Shown: one piece after another, positions 52,650 to 64,000 of the stretch
Layout: each line of letters starts with the position of its first letter
Numbering within the stretch: position 1 is the stretch's first letter
Origin: Chiloscyllium plagiosum
Lineage: Eukaryota
Length of the DNA: 64,000 nucleotides
Assembly: GCF_004010195.1 (NCBI RefSeq)
Contig: NC_057750.1
Location: forward strand, 15,888,550 to 15,952,549
Direction: 5' to 3'
Notes under the pieces: model-generated
What the model was told of the DNA's origin: nothing
The model's database searches: none
What the model saw: only the letters and a program-made list of their open reading frames with translations
Program-made: the position numbers and the translations under genes

Positions 52650-54281
52650 GTAAGAAATTTCTTATTGAAACTTTAAAATTTAACGTCCTCCCAAATGCTT
52701 GCCTCTTGAACATCTCTGATTTTCATTGTTCCACCATCAATGGTGCTGCCTTCAGCTTCTTATTTCCATACCCTTGAATTCCCTTCATAAATCTTTCTGT
52801 CTCTCTATCTGTTAAGTGGTCTGTGGGCTACCATGATGCCATAGGGTCTGAGTAGTCTGGAAGCCATTTCTGATATGTCTTTGATGTAAGGTAATGTGGC
52901 TATTGTTTTTGTCCTTTACAGACACCCTAAAATAAAGCTATTGCCATTTGTTCTAAGATTGCCTTATATGGCTGGGGGTCAAATTTTGTTTTCTGATATT
53001 CTTGTGAAGCATGTTGAGATCTTTTATTTTGTTATACATAGTATATAAGTACAAGGACATGTTCTGGGCTCTCAAATGTGTCTGCAGAGATACTAAGTTA
53101 TCAGTATACTGATTGTGATTGATGTAGAAGTAACTGTCAGTAAAAGTTGAACATTTACAATGTTATTGTTGCAGTCATTGAAAAATAATTTACAGTTCTT
53201 TATTTTGTAGATATTTCTCAGTAGTTATCTACAGTTATAAAAATTGAATTGTCATTATTTTAGATGAGATGTATTGTTAGTAATGCAAAACAACATTGAA
53301 CAGAAAAGTAGCCAGCTATTTGCTGAGGTTTTTCCAAACATGGGCAGTGACCAAATTTTTCAAGCCAATGTCAGTACTCAAAGAAATAATATTATAACTT
53401 TTCTCAAGATACACTTGTGATTATTCACTAACTGATCCAAAATATCGTTATTTACAGTCTGTAGACAGTATGTCTCTAAAGGTTATGATACATTATTACT
53501 ATGTACATTTGCAAGCCTACCTTGCAGCATTCAGGGTCTGTAGCCCTGTCAGAGGTATCATCTTTCAGATAAGATGCTAAACTGAAGTCCTATCTGCACT
53601 CTGAAGTGTACGTTTAAAAAATCCACAATCTAACATCAGCTTCACGGGTCTGGACACTGTACACACATGTTAATAAGAAGCTCCTAAAGCAATCCTGTTT
53701 TCACAATTGAAGAATTGCATCCACATTGAAGGACTGAGAAAACATTTTAAGGACACTTCCCCTTCAATGTATTATCTTTCCCTAGGATGTATTGTCTTTT
53801 CTTCAGAGGCTTCATCTTTCCTTCAAATGCTTTGTCTTTTCTTTGCTGGCTTTGCCTTCATTGTGAGGTTTCACCACCTGCTACCCCCTCAACTCCCTGA
53901 CCTCCACATCACATCCCCAAAGTTTCCATCTTTCCCAGTTTGTGTTCAGTCTTTTCACCACAGACTTGGTCTTTTCCCAGAGGTTTCTGTTTTATCTCCC
54001 TCAAGCTACATCTTTCCTTCTCATCTTTCCTTTTTGCTCCTCTTGAGGTTTCATCTTTTCATGGCTCAAGGGTCTATTTTGCTGTTCCTTTAAGGTGCTG
54101 ATGTTAATTTCACAAGCAACAGTAAGTGATGGAAGTCTTGTCCTAATGACTGTTCTTCCTGCTTGAGTCATACAGTGGCTTTTAGTTGGTTATACGTCCA
54201 TACAGACGTACATTACAATCAAGGTCAATCTTGTCCTCACCTGACTTGCAGGATTGCATGCATCAACAGAAAAAAGAAGAT

Positions 54282-54706
54282 AAAAATCACACAACACCAG
54301 GGTATAGTCCAACAGGTTTATTTGGAAGCAGACACAGACAGACTTTAACTTCAGACCTTTAATGCATTGTCTGAACTGAGATGACACATTTTGTTAGAAA
54401 ATCTGAAGTTATCTTGAGAATGTGACTTAAAAGGAGTTCTGGGATTTACATATTAATTAACCAAAACTAACAAAACCATTCTAAAAGATGAAAGACTTAA
54501 CCTAAGTTTGTTTAATATATTTCAGCCGCACTACACTATTACCTTTTGCTATAAATTCTGTGTTTGTTGTCCCACTCCACAACCACCTGATGAAGAAGCG
54601 GAGCTTTGAAAGCTAGTGCTTCCAAATAAACCTGTTGGACTATAACCTGGTGTTGTGAGATTTTTAACTTTGTCCACCCCAGTCCAACACTGGCTCCTCC
54701 AAATCA
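54282..54706 (+). mobile_element. Non-autonomous Penelope-type element (family C) with inverted repeat and hammerhead
   Basis: 49-bp inverted repeat at 54282-54330 and 54617-54665 (2 mismatches); hammerhead at 54584-54618. Confidence 0.7.
54584..54618 (+). ncRNA. Minimal type-I hammerhead ribozyme motif, AGCU stem III
   Basis: cac CTGATGA a gaagc gga gcttt GAAA GC TA gtg: all three stems can pair. Confidence 0.7.
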
Positions 54707-55021
54707 CCAAAAAAAAGATTATGATCAGAAGCAGCAGCCCTGATGATCATCCCACTCAATAGTCCAGTTGTGGCTGCTGATTGTAACACAAATGCTTCTA
54801 TCTTTGCCGAGTTTTAGCTGACAGTCAAACAACAGGAATCAAGCTATGGTTCCACTTGGTCTATATAGCTCAATTCTGTATGAATAGCATCCTTATCCAA
54901 TTATGATTTAAAACTATCTTTGAATTTGAGTATGAAAATTTAAAGGTGTCCCCTTAACTGGTGAATGCTAATTCATTTTGTCATTGACCATCCAGTTACA
55001 TTTAGATCATGAACAGTTTAG

Positions 55022-56316
55022 AAACATGGAAACATAGAAGATAGGAGCAAGAGGAGCCCATATGGCCCTTTGAACCTGCTCCGCCATTCATCACGATCAT
55101 GGCTGATGATCCAACTCAAAAGCCTTATCCTGCTTTTACCCCATAACCTTTGATCCCATTCACCCCGAGGGTTATATCTAGCTGCCTCTTGAATATACTC
55201 AATGTTTTAGCATAAACTACTTCCTGTGGTAATGAATTCCACAGGCTCACCACTCTTTGGATGAAGAAATGTCTTCTCATCTCTGTCCTAAATGGTATAC
55301 CCCGATTCCTCGGACTATGACCCCTGGTTCTGGACACACCCACCATCGGGAACATCCTCCCTGCATCTACTTTGTCTAGTCCTGTTAGAATTTTATAAGT
55401 CTCTATGAGATCCCTCTCATTTGTCTGAACTCTAGCGAAAACAATCCTAACCTGGTCAATCTCTCCTCATTCGTCAGTCCTACCAACCCAGGAATCTGCC
55501 TGGTAAACCTTCACTGCTCTCTCTCGAGAGCAAGAACATCCTTCCTCAGAAAAGAAGACTGGAACTGCACATTATATTCTCAATGGGGCCTCACCCAGGG
55601 CCCTGTACAATCGCAACAGCACATCCCTGCTCCTGTACTCGAAATCTCTTGCAATGAAGGCTAACATACCATTTGGTTGCAAGATTCATTTTATAAGCTC
55701 ACATTTATTAATGACTTGGATGAAGGAGTCGAAGGGTGGGTCAGTAAATTTGCAGATGATACGAAGATTGGTGGAGTTGTGGATAGTGAGGAGGGCTGTT
55801 GTCGGCTGCAAAGGGACTTAGATATGATGCAGAGCTGGGCTGAGGAGTGGCAGATGGAGTACAACCCTGTCAAGTGTGAGGTTGTCCATTTTGGAAAAAC
55901 AAATAAGAATGCAGAATACAGGGTTAACGGTAGGGTTCCACCTTAGTAAGGTGGAGGAGCAGAGGGATCTTGGAGTCNNNNNNNNNNNNNNNNNNNNNNN
56001 NNNNNNNNNNNNNNNNNNNNNNNNNNNNNNNNNNNNNNNNNNNNNNNNNNNNNNNNNNNNNNNNNNNNNNNNNNNNNNNNNNNGTGAAGGGTGGAAGGTA
56101 TCGGGGAGATGTTAGGGGTGGGTTCTTTACCCAGAGAGTGGTGGGGGCATGGAATGCGCTGCCTGTGGGAGTGGTAGAGTCAGAATCTTTGGTGACCTTT
56201 AAGCGGCAATTGGATAGGTACATGGATGGGTGCTTAAGCTAGGACAAATGTTCGGCACAACATCGTGGGCCGAAGGGCCTGTTCTGTGCTGTATTGTTCT
56301 ATGTTCTGTGTTCTAT
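55022..56316. mobile_element. Two CR1 3' fragments (minus about 55022-55677; plus about 55700-56316 across gap)
   Basis: FINDLDEGVEGWVSKFADDTKIG and FFTQRVVGAWNALP motifs. Confidence 0.88.
55978..56083. other. Assembly gap
   Basis: Run of N. Confidence 1.
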
Positions 56317-56564
56317 TACTGTTGTACGTAACATTACTCAAAATTGTACTAAATTCAGTATGACTTTATAATTTGACACTGCAATATTTGGAATCTAGTA
56401 GTAATACAAAGGACAAGGAAATCTGGGGAATACATCAAGATTATTTGCTAAATGATTACCAAACATCTTTTTAAAATGATAATTGTTAGCTCTGAACCAT
56501 TTACTCATTTCCTATTGTATTCCTAAGTTCTTGTGATTTCCCTTTCCACCTTCATTCTTTATAG

Positions 56565-56625
56565 GAAAAGATGAAGCAACTGCCAGTCTGCAGGATCATG
56601 GGGACAGTATAGAATGCCAAATATG
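56565..56625 (+). CDS. RMDN3: RMDN3-like coding exon D (TPR region), 61 nt; gene continues beyond window
   Basis: Long pyrimidine tract plus atag|GA, phase 1. Encodes GKDEATASLQDHGDSIECQIW (cf. [21 protein letters not shown]). Donor TG|GTATGC. The next exon (YAVLCG...) was not found in the window. Confidence 0.93.
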
Positions 56626-58789
56626 GTATGCACTTTTTTTTGTCCTTTAGTATTGGGGTAGGGGGTGGTAAAACAAATTGAAGCTATATGTCAAAATATA
56701 GGTGCTGAGATTTTTATTTTTAAATTTGAACTATGGGGTATGTAGCATGTTCCTGCAAGTCCATCTAATCTGTATAGTCTGGAAAGGGAATAACATAAAT
56801 TGTGGAATCTTACTTCTTTAAGTGTTAAATTGTTACAGAACATTAATCTCTAATTTTTAAAGAACTTAAATTTTTCTGTTTGTAAATTTCTTCTTTGCTT
56901 TTTCTCTTCATGGACCTACTTATCTCAAATTCACCCATTTTTCTTTTCTGTTGTTCTGCTGAATTTTTGAAATCCTTAAATTGCTTAGATAATTGGTATT
57001 GTCATTCATTAAGGTCCCAGATTTCCTGTTCCTTCACCATGATATTTTCAGTTCAAATGTCCAGCAACTTACAAGGCAGAAGAATTGAGTTGAAAGGTGA
57101 AGGGAAAATTCTGACTAATGGAGCGCTTTTATGATGAACTAAATAAATCTTCATACATGTGATGATATCTTTGCTCCACAAACTTAATTCATTGTAATCA
57201 GATATTCATGTAAACAGTTCCTCATTTTAATACAAGATGTTAATTTTTTCATGACAAAGGCTTGCTGTTGTTTGTCGCTATCTGCAAGACCATGACATTG
57301 AAGAAGAAAATAACAGTCTCAAGGTCAGGCACGTTTTAATTGAAGTACCTTGAATGTAACCTAGGCTGATAGGCTGGTGTTACAGTTTAGCATTGAGAGA
57401 ATGCTCTGTTAGTGGACTTGTTGCCCTTCAGGTGACAAATCAAACCAAGACTTCTCTAACTTTTCCAGTGAATTTTAAAGATTCTACAGTACTTTTGGAA
57501 GAAAATTGAGTTCAGGTCAATCCTCCTTTCTTAAATAGCCATAGTGAAAACAGATGTGCTCATTGAGCATCTTTTTTGGTGTTTGTGGAATCATGTCCCA
57601 TACAAAATAGTTGCCACATATACAGATTAACAAGTACTCCAGCAATTCAATAAATACAGCTCACTACCAGCTTCTCCAGGGCTTTTAGGGATGGGTAATA
57701 CTGCTGGCCTAGCTAGCTATACTCATGTCCCTTGAACAAAGTAAAAGAAAGTTTCAGTCACTTCAGGTTTGATGTGCATGAATATTTTGAAAAGTTGTAG
57801 GTGCTAAATAATTGCAAGACCTTTTTTCTTCCAAGTGGAATTCGTATCTTCCAAATTATCTAACAAGTGTTTAGTTTCTTAGGCAGTTTTGTCACAAAAG
57901 GTCAAAACACTCATTGACTAGTCCATGAAAAACTCTTCCAACTTCGGCTGTCATAAAGTTTAGTATCTCGCATTGGACCATAATTTGACAAGAACTGAAC
58001 TGACCAAGTAATGATGCATTGCAGGATAAAATATCCAAAAGAAAGTTGTAATTATTATCAAGGAACATATAAAACACCTGAGAAATGTCACTGAGAATTC
58101 CACTAAAACAAATTATGCTTTACTGCTCACTGTTAAGGATATTTAATTAAACAAACAGAATTTCACATGCCCTGCCACCCCACAACTATCACCACCACTA
58201 CTGCTGTCTTTTCCTTCCTCCCCCTCCAGTTCTGAAGGTGGAGAGTAGGGCATTGATGAGATACAGTTGTATGGGCTCCAACCAGTGAATGCCATCTCAC
58301 TCAAGTGAACCGAGATGGTGAGTGTTGACAGGTTACCAGCAGCTTTGTCTGCGATCAATCTTGGCGATAATTATATCATTAGATATGACTTGTTGTTGGT
58401 CAATAGATGTGGGCATTGCTGGCTGGGCCAGCATTTATTGTCCATCCCTAATTTCCCTTGCAAAAGTGCTGTTTCGTGGGGTAAATATCCATCGCTGGCT
58501 CACCTGAACCTTCCCAATTAATGAGTATTGAAACTGCATGCTCACCATCAGCAATTATTTAGAAAATTATCCTTCATATGTGAGCTGTTGGACTGAGCAA
58601 CATTACATTCATGAATATTGGACAATGCACAAGGAATCCTCACTTAGAGTCAGGGCTGCATTTCTGAAAACCATGACTTTAAGTGAAACAACTTCTAAGT
58701 GAGGCATGATTTCCCACCGGAATGAATGTTAAAGCTAGAGTTATGTTTCCAAAGGTAGTTTTTGTCTGGAAAAGTAAATGTAAAAGTTA

Positions 58790-61700
58790 TAGTCATAGAG
58801 TCATACAACATGGAAAAAGACCTTTCAGTCCAACCAGATCATGTTGACTGTAATCCCCAACTAAACTACTCCCATCTGCCTGCGTTTGGCCCATAACCTT
58901 CCAAACATTTCTTATTCATATACATATCCAAATGTCTGTTAAATGTTGCAAATGTACCCACATCCACCACTTCCTCTGAAAGTTCATTCCACATATGAAC
59001 TATTCTCTGTGCAAAATAAATAGCTCTGCATGTCTTTTTTAAATGGTAAAGATGTGCCCCCTAGTCTTAAAATCCCCCACACCAGGGAAAGACAGCTGCC
59101 ATTCACCCTATTTATACCCCTCATGATTTTATAAACCTCTATATTGTCACCCCTCAACCTTCTGTGCTCCAAACTTATCCAAAATGCCCTCAGATACTTG
59201 TCACCGGCTGCCATCCTGAGCAGGACCCTTTTCCTGATGAAGGCTTTTGCCCGAAACGCGATTTCGAAGCTCCTTGGATGCTGCCTGAACTGCTGTGCTC
59301 TTCCAGCACCACTAATCCAGAATCTGGTTTCTAGCATCTGCAGTCATTGTTTTTACCTCGTTGATTAGGACCCTTTTATCCCCACTCTCTGCTAGCACCT
59401 TGCCTCTAACACCATGGGCCCTTATCTTACTCAGTGGCCTCCTGTGCGGCACTTTGTCAAAGGCCTTTAAGCCCAAGTAGATAACATTCATTGGCTCTGC
59501 TTAGTCTAACCTGCTCGTTAGTTCCTCAAAGGATTCTAGCAAATTTGTCAGGTATGACCTCCCCTTGGTGAAACCATGCTGGCTTACCCAATTTTACCAT
59601 ACACTTTCAAGTATTCAGAAATCTCATCCTTCACAATGGATTTAGGATTTTACCCACAACCGAAGTTAGGCTATTTGGTCTGTCATTCTCTATCTTTTGT
59701 CTTACTCCCTTTTTAACTGGTGTCACATTAGCGATTTTCCAGTCCTCTGGGACCCTTCCTGATTCAAGTGATTCCTGAAAGATCACTACCAATGCCTCCA
59801 CTATTTCTTCAGCTATCTCCCTTGGAACTCTGGGGTGTAGTCCATGTGGAACAGGTGATTTATCCATCTTCAGGCTATTTAGTTTTTCTAGCACCTTCTC
59901 CTTGGTGATGGCCCCTGACTCTTGAATTTTTGGGAGATTACTCATGTTTCCCACTGTGAAGACTGACATGAAGTAATTATTCAGTTCCTCAGCAATTTCC
60001 TTGCTTCCCACTACTATCTCTCCAGTATCATTTTCTAGTGATCCAGTGTCCATTTTTGCCTCTTTTGCCCTTTATATATCTAAAGAAACTATTTAATCTT
60101 CTCCCTCCTTATTTCTTTTCTCTGTTGCACTCTGTGGATCTTTGTAAGCTTCCCAATCCTCTGGCTTCCGTCTGCCCTTTGTCTCATAATGTGCTTTCTC
60201 TTTTGCTTTTATGCTATCCCTGACTTCCCTAGTTGGCCATGACTGCCTCATCCTCCCTGTACCATTCTTCTTTTCTCTTGGGATGAATCTCTGCTGTGTC
60301 TCCTGAATTACTCCCAGAGACTCCTGCCATTGCTGTTCAACTATCTTTCCTGCTAGGCTGTGCTCCCAGTCAATTCTTCTCAGCTCCTCCCTCATGCCTC
60401 TGTAGTTGCCTTAATTCAGCCATAATAGTGTTACTTCTGATTCTATCTTCTCCCTCTCAAATTGCAGTGTAAATTTAATCATATTATAATCACTGCCTCA
60501 GAAGAATTCTTTCCCTTTAAGCTCCCTTATCAAGTCTGCCTCACTGCAGACCACTAAATCCAGTATTTTCTGTTCAGTACTGGGCTCCACCATAAACTGC
60601 TCCGAAAAGCCATCTTGTGGATCTTCCACAAATTCCTTTTCTTGCAATCTAATAACAACATGATTTTCCCAGTCCACCTGCCTATTGAAATTCCTCACGA
60701 TCACTGTAATTTTGCCTTTCCTATGCATCATTTCTATCTCCTGGTGTATCTTGCGCCCAGCTTCTGACTACTGTTTGGAAGCCTGTACATAACTCCAACT
60801 ATGATTTTTTTAACCTTTGTGGTTACTCAATTCTACCCACACAGATTCTACACCATCTGAGCCTACTTTGTTTCTTACTATTGATTTAATTTCATTTCTT
60901 ACTAATAAGGCAACCTCACCCCTTCTTCCCACCTGCCTAACTTTTCAATAGGATGTAATATCCTTGACTATTCAGCTCCCAAAACTGACCCCTTGCAGCC
61001 ACGTCTATGTGATGCCCACCACATCAAACCTGCCAATTTTGAACTGTGCCACAAGCTCATTTATCTTATTCCTTATACTTCGTGCATTCAGATATAACAC
61101 CTTCAGTCCTGTATTAACCGCCCCTCTTCTCAATGTCATTCGTTTGTTCAATGTGCTTGAAATTTGATTGCCAACCCTGTCCAAACACTCTGTCCTACTT
61201 GTGTCTGTGCTGGAGATTTCAATACCCTCTCTGAGTTCTCTTACCTCCTCCTTTAATTTGGGTTTTCTAATTTTCCCGATAACTGAAACCCCCACACCCC
61301 AATTTAGCTTAAAGCCCTGTCTATGGCCCTAGTTATGTGATTTGCTCAGACTCTGGTCCCAGCACAGTTCAGATGAAGATCGTCCCATTGGAACAGGTCC
61401 CTTCTTCTCCAGTACTGGGCTACTGTCCAATGAATTCAAATTTATTTCTTCCACACCAATCTTTGAGCTATGCGCTTACCTACTTTATATTGTTGACACT
61501 GTGCCAACTAGCCCGTGTCTCAGGTAGTAATTCAGAGATTTTTAGCTTTTTGGTTCTGCTTTATAATTTAGCTCCTAGCTGTTCATATTCCCATAGCAGA
61601 ACCTCTGTCCTAGTTTTATCTATGTCATTGGTACATACGTGGACTATGTCCACTGAATCTTTACCCTCCCACTCCAAATTTCTCTGCAGCCCAGATGAGA

Positions 61701-62230
61701 TATCCTGAACCCGAGCACCAGGCAGGCCACACAATCTTTAAGACTCTCAATCCTGGTCACAGAGAATAGTGTTAATGCCTCTTACTATACTATCCCCAAT
61801 TACAATGATACTTCTCTTCTCTCCACCAACTTGAATGGCTCCCTGTGTTACAGTGCTGTGGTCGGCTTATCCTTCCTGCAGTTCCCATTCTTGTCCACAC
61901 AGGGAGCAAAACTCTTGAACCTATTGGACACGAACAGGGGCTAAGGTTCCTGCAACTCTACCTCCTTGATTCCCCTACCTGCTTCACTCACAGCCACACC
62001 CTCCTGTCCCACTGGCTGAATTTGAGTTAGTTTAAGGACTTGACGGTCTTTTGAAACACAGCATCCAGGTAACTCTCCCCCTCCCTGATGTGTTGCAATA
62101 TTTGAAGTTCATCGACTCTGAGCCAGAGTTCTTCTCATAACGAACATTTACTGCAGACATGGTCACTGGGAACCACAACGGAGTCCACCAGTTCCCACAT
62201 CATGCAGAAATAACACATCTTAAATCTCCA
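58790..62230 (-). mobile_element. CR1 LINE fragments (ORF1, endonuclease, RT start) with nested Penelope mini-element at 59233-59366
   Basis: LKVLYLNARSIRNKINEL, ILDLVVC, DKSPVPHGLHPR and VPEDWKIANVTP motifs. The mini-element has an 11-bp TSD aggaccctttt. Confidence 0.85.
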
Positions 62231-62732
62231 TCCTTATTTTAGTTAATTAGTTTTGAATTTTTAAAAATTCTTTTACAGTTTTTGTATCTCTGCTTATGCA
62301 AATTATAAACAATATATAAGTTGTAACCAATAAATGAACAAGATTCAATTTAACACAGACTCAAATTTAGCAGACCCCTTATTAGCCAATTAAATCACAG
62401 TCCTCCTGTGATGTCACTTTGCATTTCCCCCCTCAGAAACAAACTCTTACCTTCCCAGACTGCTGTCCGCAAGGTCCCGCTCAGTTCTGGTCCAGAAGTG
62501 AAGGCCCCAAATCCGCGAAGTAAGTTTTTGTATCACTTATCGTCCCAGACTGCTAACGAGAGTTCAGAATCATTATTTTCCTATTCTACTGAAAGGTAAA
62601 GCTGGTAGGAAAAGGAAAGCAATGGATGAATAAAGGTAAAAGCAAATTACTGCGGATGCTGAAATCTGAAACCAAAAGAGAAAATGCTGGAAAATCTTAG
62701 CAGGTCTGGCAGCATCTATAAGGAGAGAAAAG

Positions 62733-62771
62733 AGCTGACGTTTCGAGTCTAACCGACCCTTTGTCAAAGCT
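62733..62771 (-). ncRNA. Minimal type-I hammerhead ribozyme motif, U3-A8 core variant
   Basis: Minus strand reads agct TTGACAA a gggtc ggtta gactc GAAA CG TC agct. Confidence 0.65.
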
Positions 62772-63294
62772 GCTTTATTTGAACTTTAGTAAAGCCTCTG
62801 ACAAGGTTCCACATGATAGATTAACTAATTAAGTTAGATCACATGGGATTCAAGATGACCTTGCCAATTGGATATTGTTGCAAAGTTGGTCTGTATAAAA
62901 TTGTAAGATTGTAAAATGGGGGAAAGCATTATGTGGTCCCTTCAAATGATGGTGTTTTTTCATTGGTAGAGGTAAAGTGGATTAACTGAACAGCAGTTTA
63001 AAGTGCAGATGCACAGAGAGTACCTGAATGGAAACATTTTATATTGAATAGCTGCAAACAGCATTTTTACCAAGACAACATGTCTTTTTAAGTTTAGCCA
63101 AACAATTTAAATTAAGCCTTTAGATATTGAAAACCGATTTAAATTTAAATCTGATGGTTTTGACAATCTAGTACCAATCCAATTGTAAAGAAATGAATAG
63201 GTCACAACGTATAAAAGATGAGGATATTTGGAAAATCAGTGACCTTAGACTCATTAGACTCTGAGCCGAGAAGCCCATGTCAATACACTGGTGA

Positions 63295-64000
63295 CATAGA
63301 GTCATAGAGATGTACAGCATGTAAGCAGACCCTTTGGTCCAACCCATCCATGCCGACCAGATATCCCAACCCAATCTAGTCCCACCTGCCAGCACCTGGC
63401 CCATATCCCTCCAAACCCTTCCTATTCATATACCCATCCAAATGCCTCTTAAATGTTGAAATTGTACCAGCCTCCACCACTTCCTCTGGCAGCTTATTCC
63501 GTATATGCACCATTCTGTGCATGAAAATGTTGCCCCTTAGGTCCCTTTCATATCTTTCCCCTCTCACCCTAAATTTATGCTCTCTAGTTCTGGACTCCCC
63601 CACCCCAGGGAAAAGACTTTGCCTATTTATTCTATCCATGCCCCTCATGATTTTATAAACCTCTATAAGGTGACCCCTCAGCCTCCGATGCTCCAGGGAA
63701 AACAGCCCCAGCCTATTCAGCCTCTCCCAACAGCCCAAATCCTCCAATCCTGGCAACATCTTTGTAAATCTTTTCTGAACCGATTCAAATTGCACAACAT
63801 CCTTCCCATAGGAAGGAGACCAGAATTGCACGCAACATTCCAAAAGTGGCCTAACCAATGTCCTGTACAGCCGCAACATGACCTCCCAACTCCTGTACTC
63901 AATACTCTGACGAATAAAGGAAAGCCATACCAAATGCCGCCTTCACTATCCTATCGACCTGCGACTCTACTTTCAAGGACCCTGCACTCCAAGGTCTCTT
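63295..64000 (-). mobile_element. CR1 LINE 3' end (runs off window)
   Basis: 185-aa ORF2 C-terminus; near-identical to the 19465 and 21310 copies. Confidence 0.92.

Noticed and set aside
56626..56633. Read-through W-Y-A after exon D mimicking the expected next exon
   Set aside because: Similarity ends after two codons; GTATGC is simply the donor site.
14008..62771. Selection against intact sense-strand hammerheads within the gene
   Set aside because: Two intact copies are antisense but one is sense, many antisense copies are also decayed, and CpG decay explains most changes. Numbers are too small.
1..64000. CRISPR arrays, rRNA, operons or other prokaryotic systems
   Set aside because: None seen; the sequence is intron-rich eukaryotic DNA.

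Overview
Vertebrate nuclear DNA, most likely from a cartilaginous fish (shark), inferred from the dense CR1 LINEs, HE1-like tRNA SINEs and Penelope-like elements. One host gene is well supported: the 5' part of an RMDN3/PTPIP51-like gene on the + strand. It starts in a CpG island at about 13.2-14.0 kb. Four phase-compatible coding exons (13526-14007, 34945-35194, 52547-52649, 56565-56625) encode a signal anchor, coiled coil, FFAT-like motif and the start of the TPR domain, and the gene continues past the window end. Most of the rest is decayed, often nested transposons: CR1, a Tx1/L1-like LINE, two GIY-YIG Penelope-like families, SINEs, Tigger-like elements and a solo LTR. The most interesting unannotated signals are: (i) more than a dozen minimal type-I hammerhead ribozyme motifs from several Penelope-derived families, three apparently intact (one a U3-A8 core variant), often in TSD-flanked fold-back mini-elements; (ii) two candidate extra exons in intron 1 that would remodel the tether; (iii) a promoter carrying RFX X-box and TCTCGCGAGA palindromes that may be bidirectional. 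Repeat boundaries are approximate and family names come from remembered motifs, not database searches.
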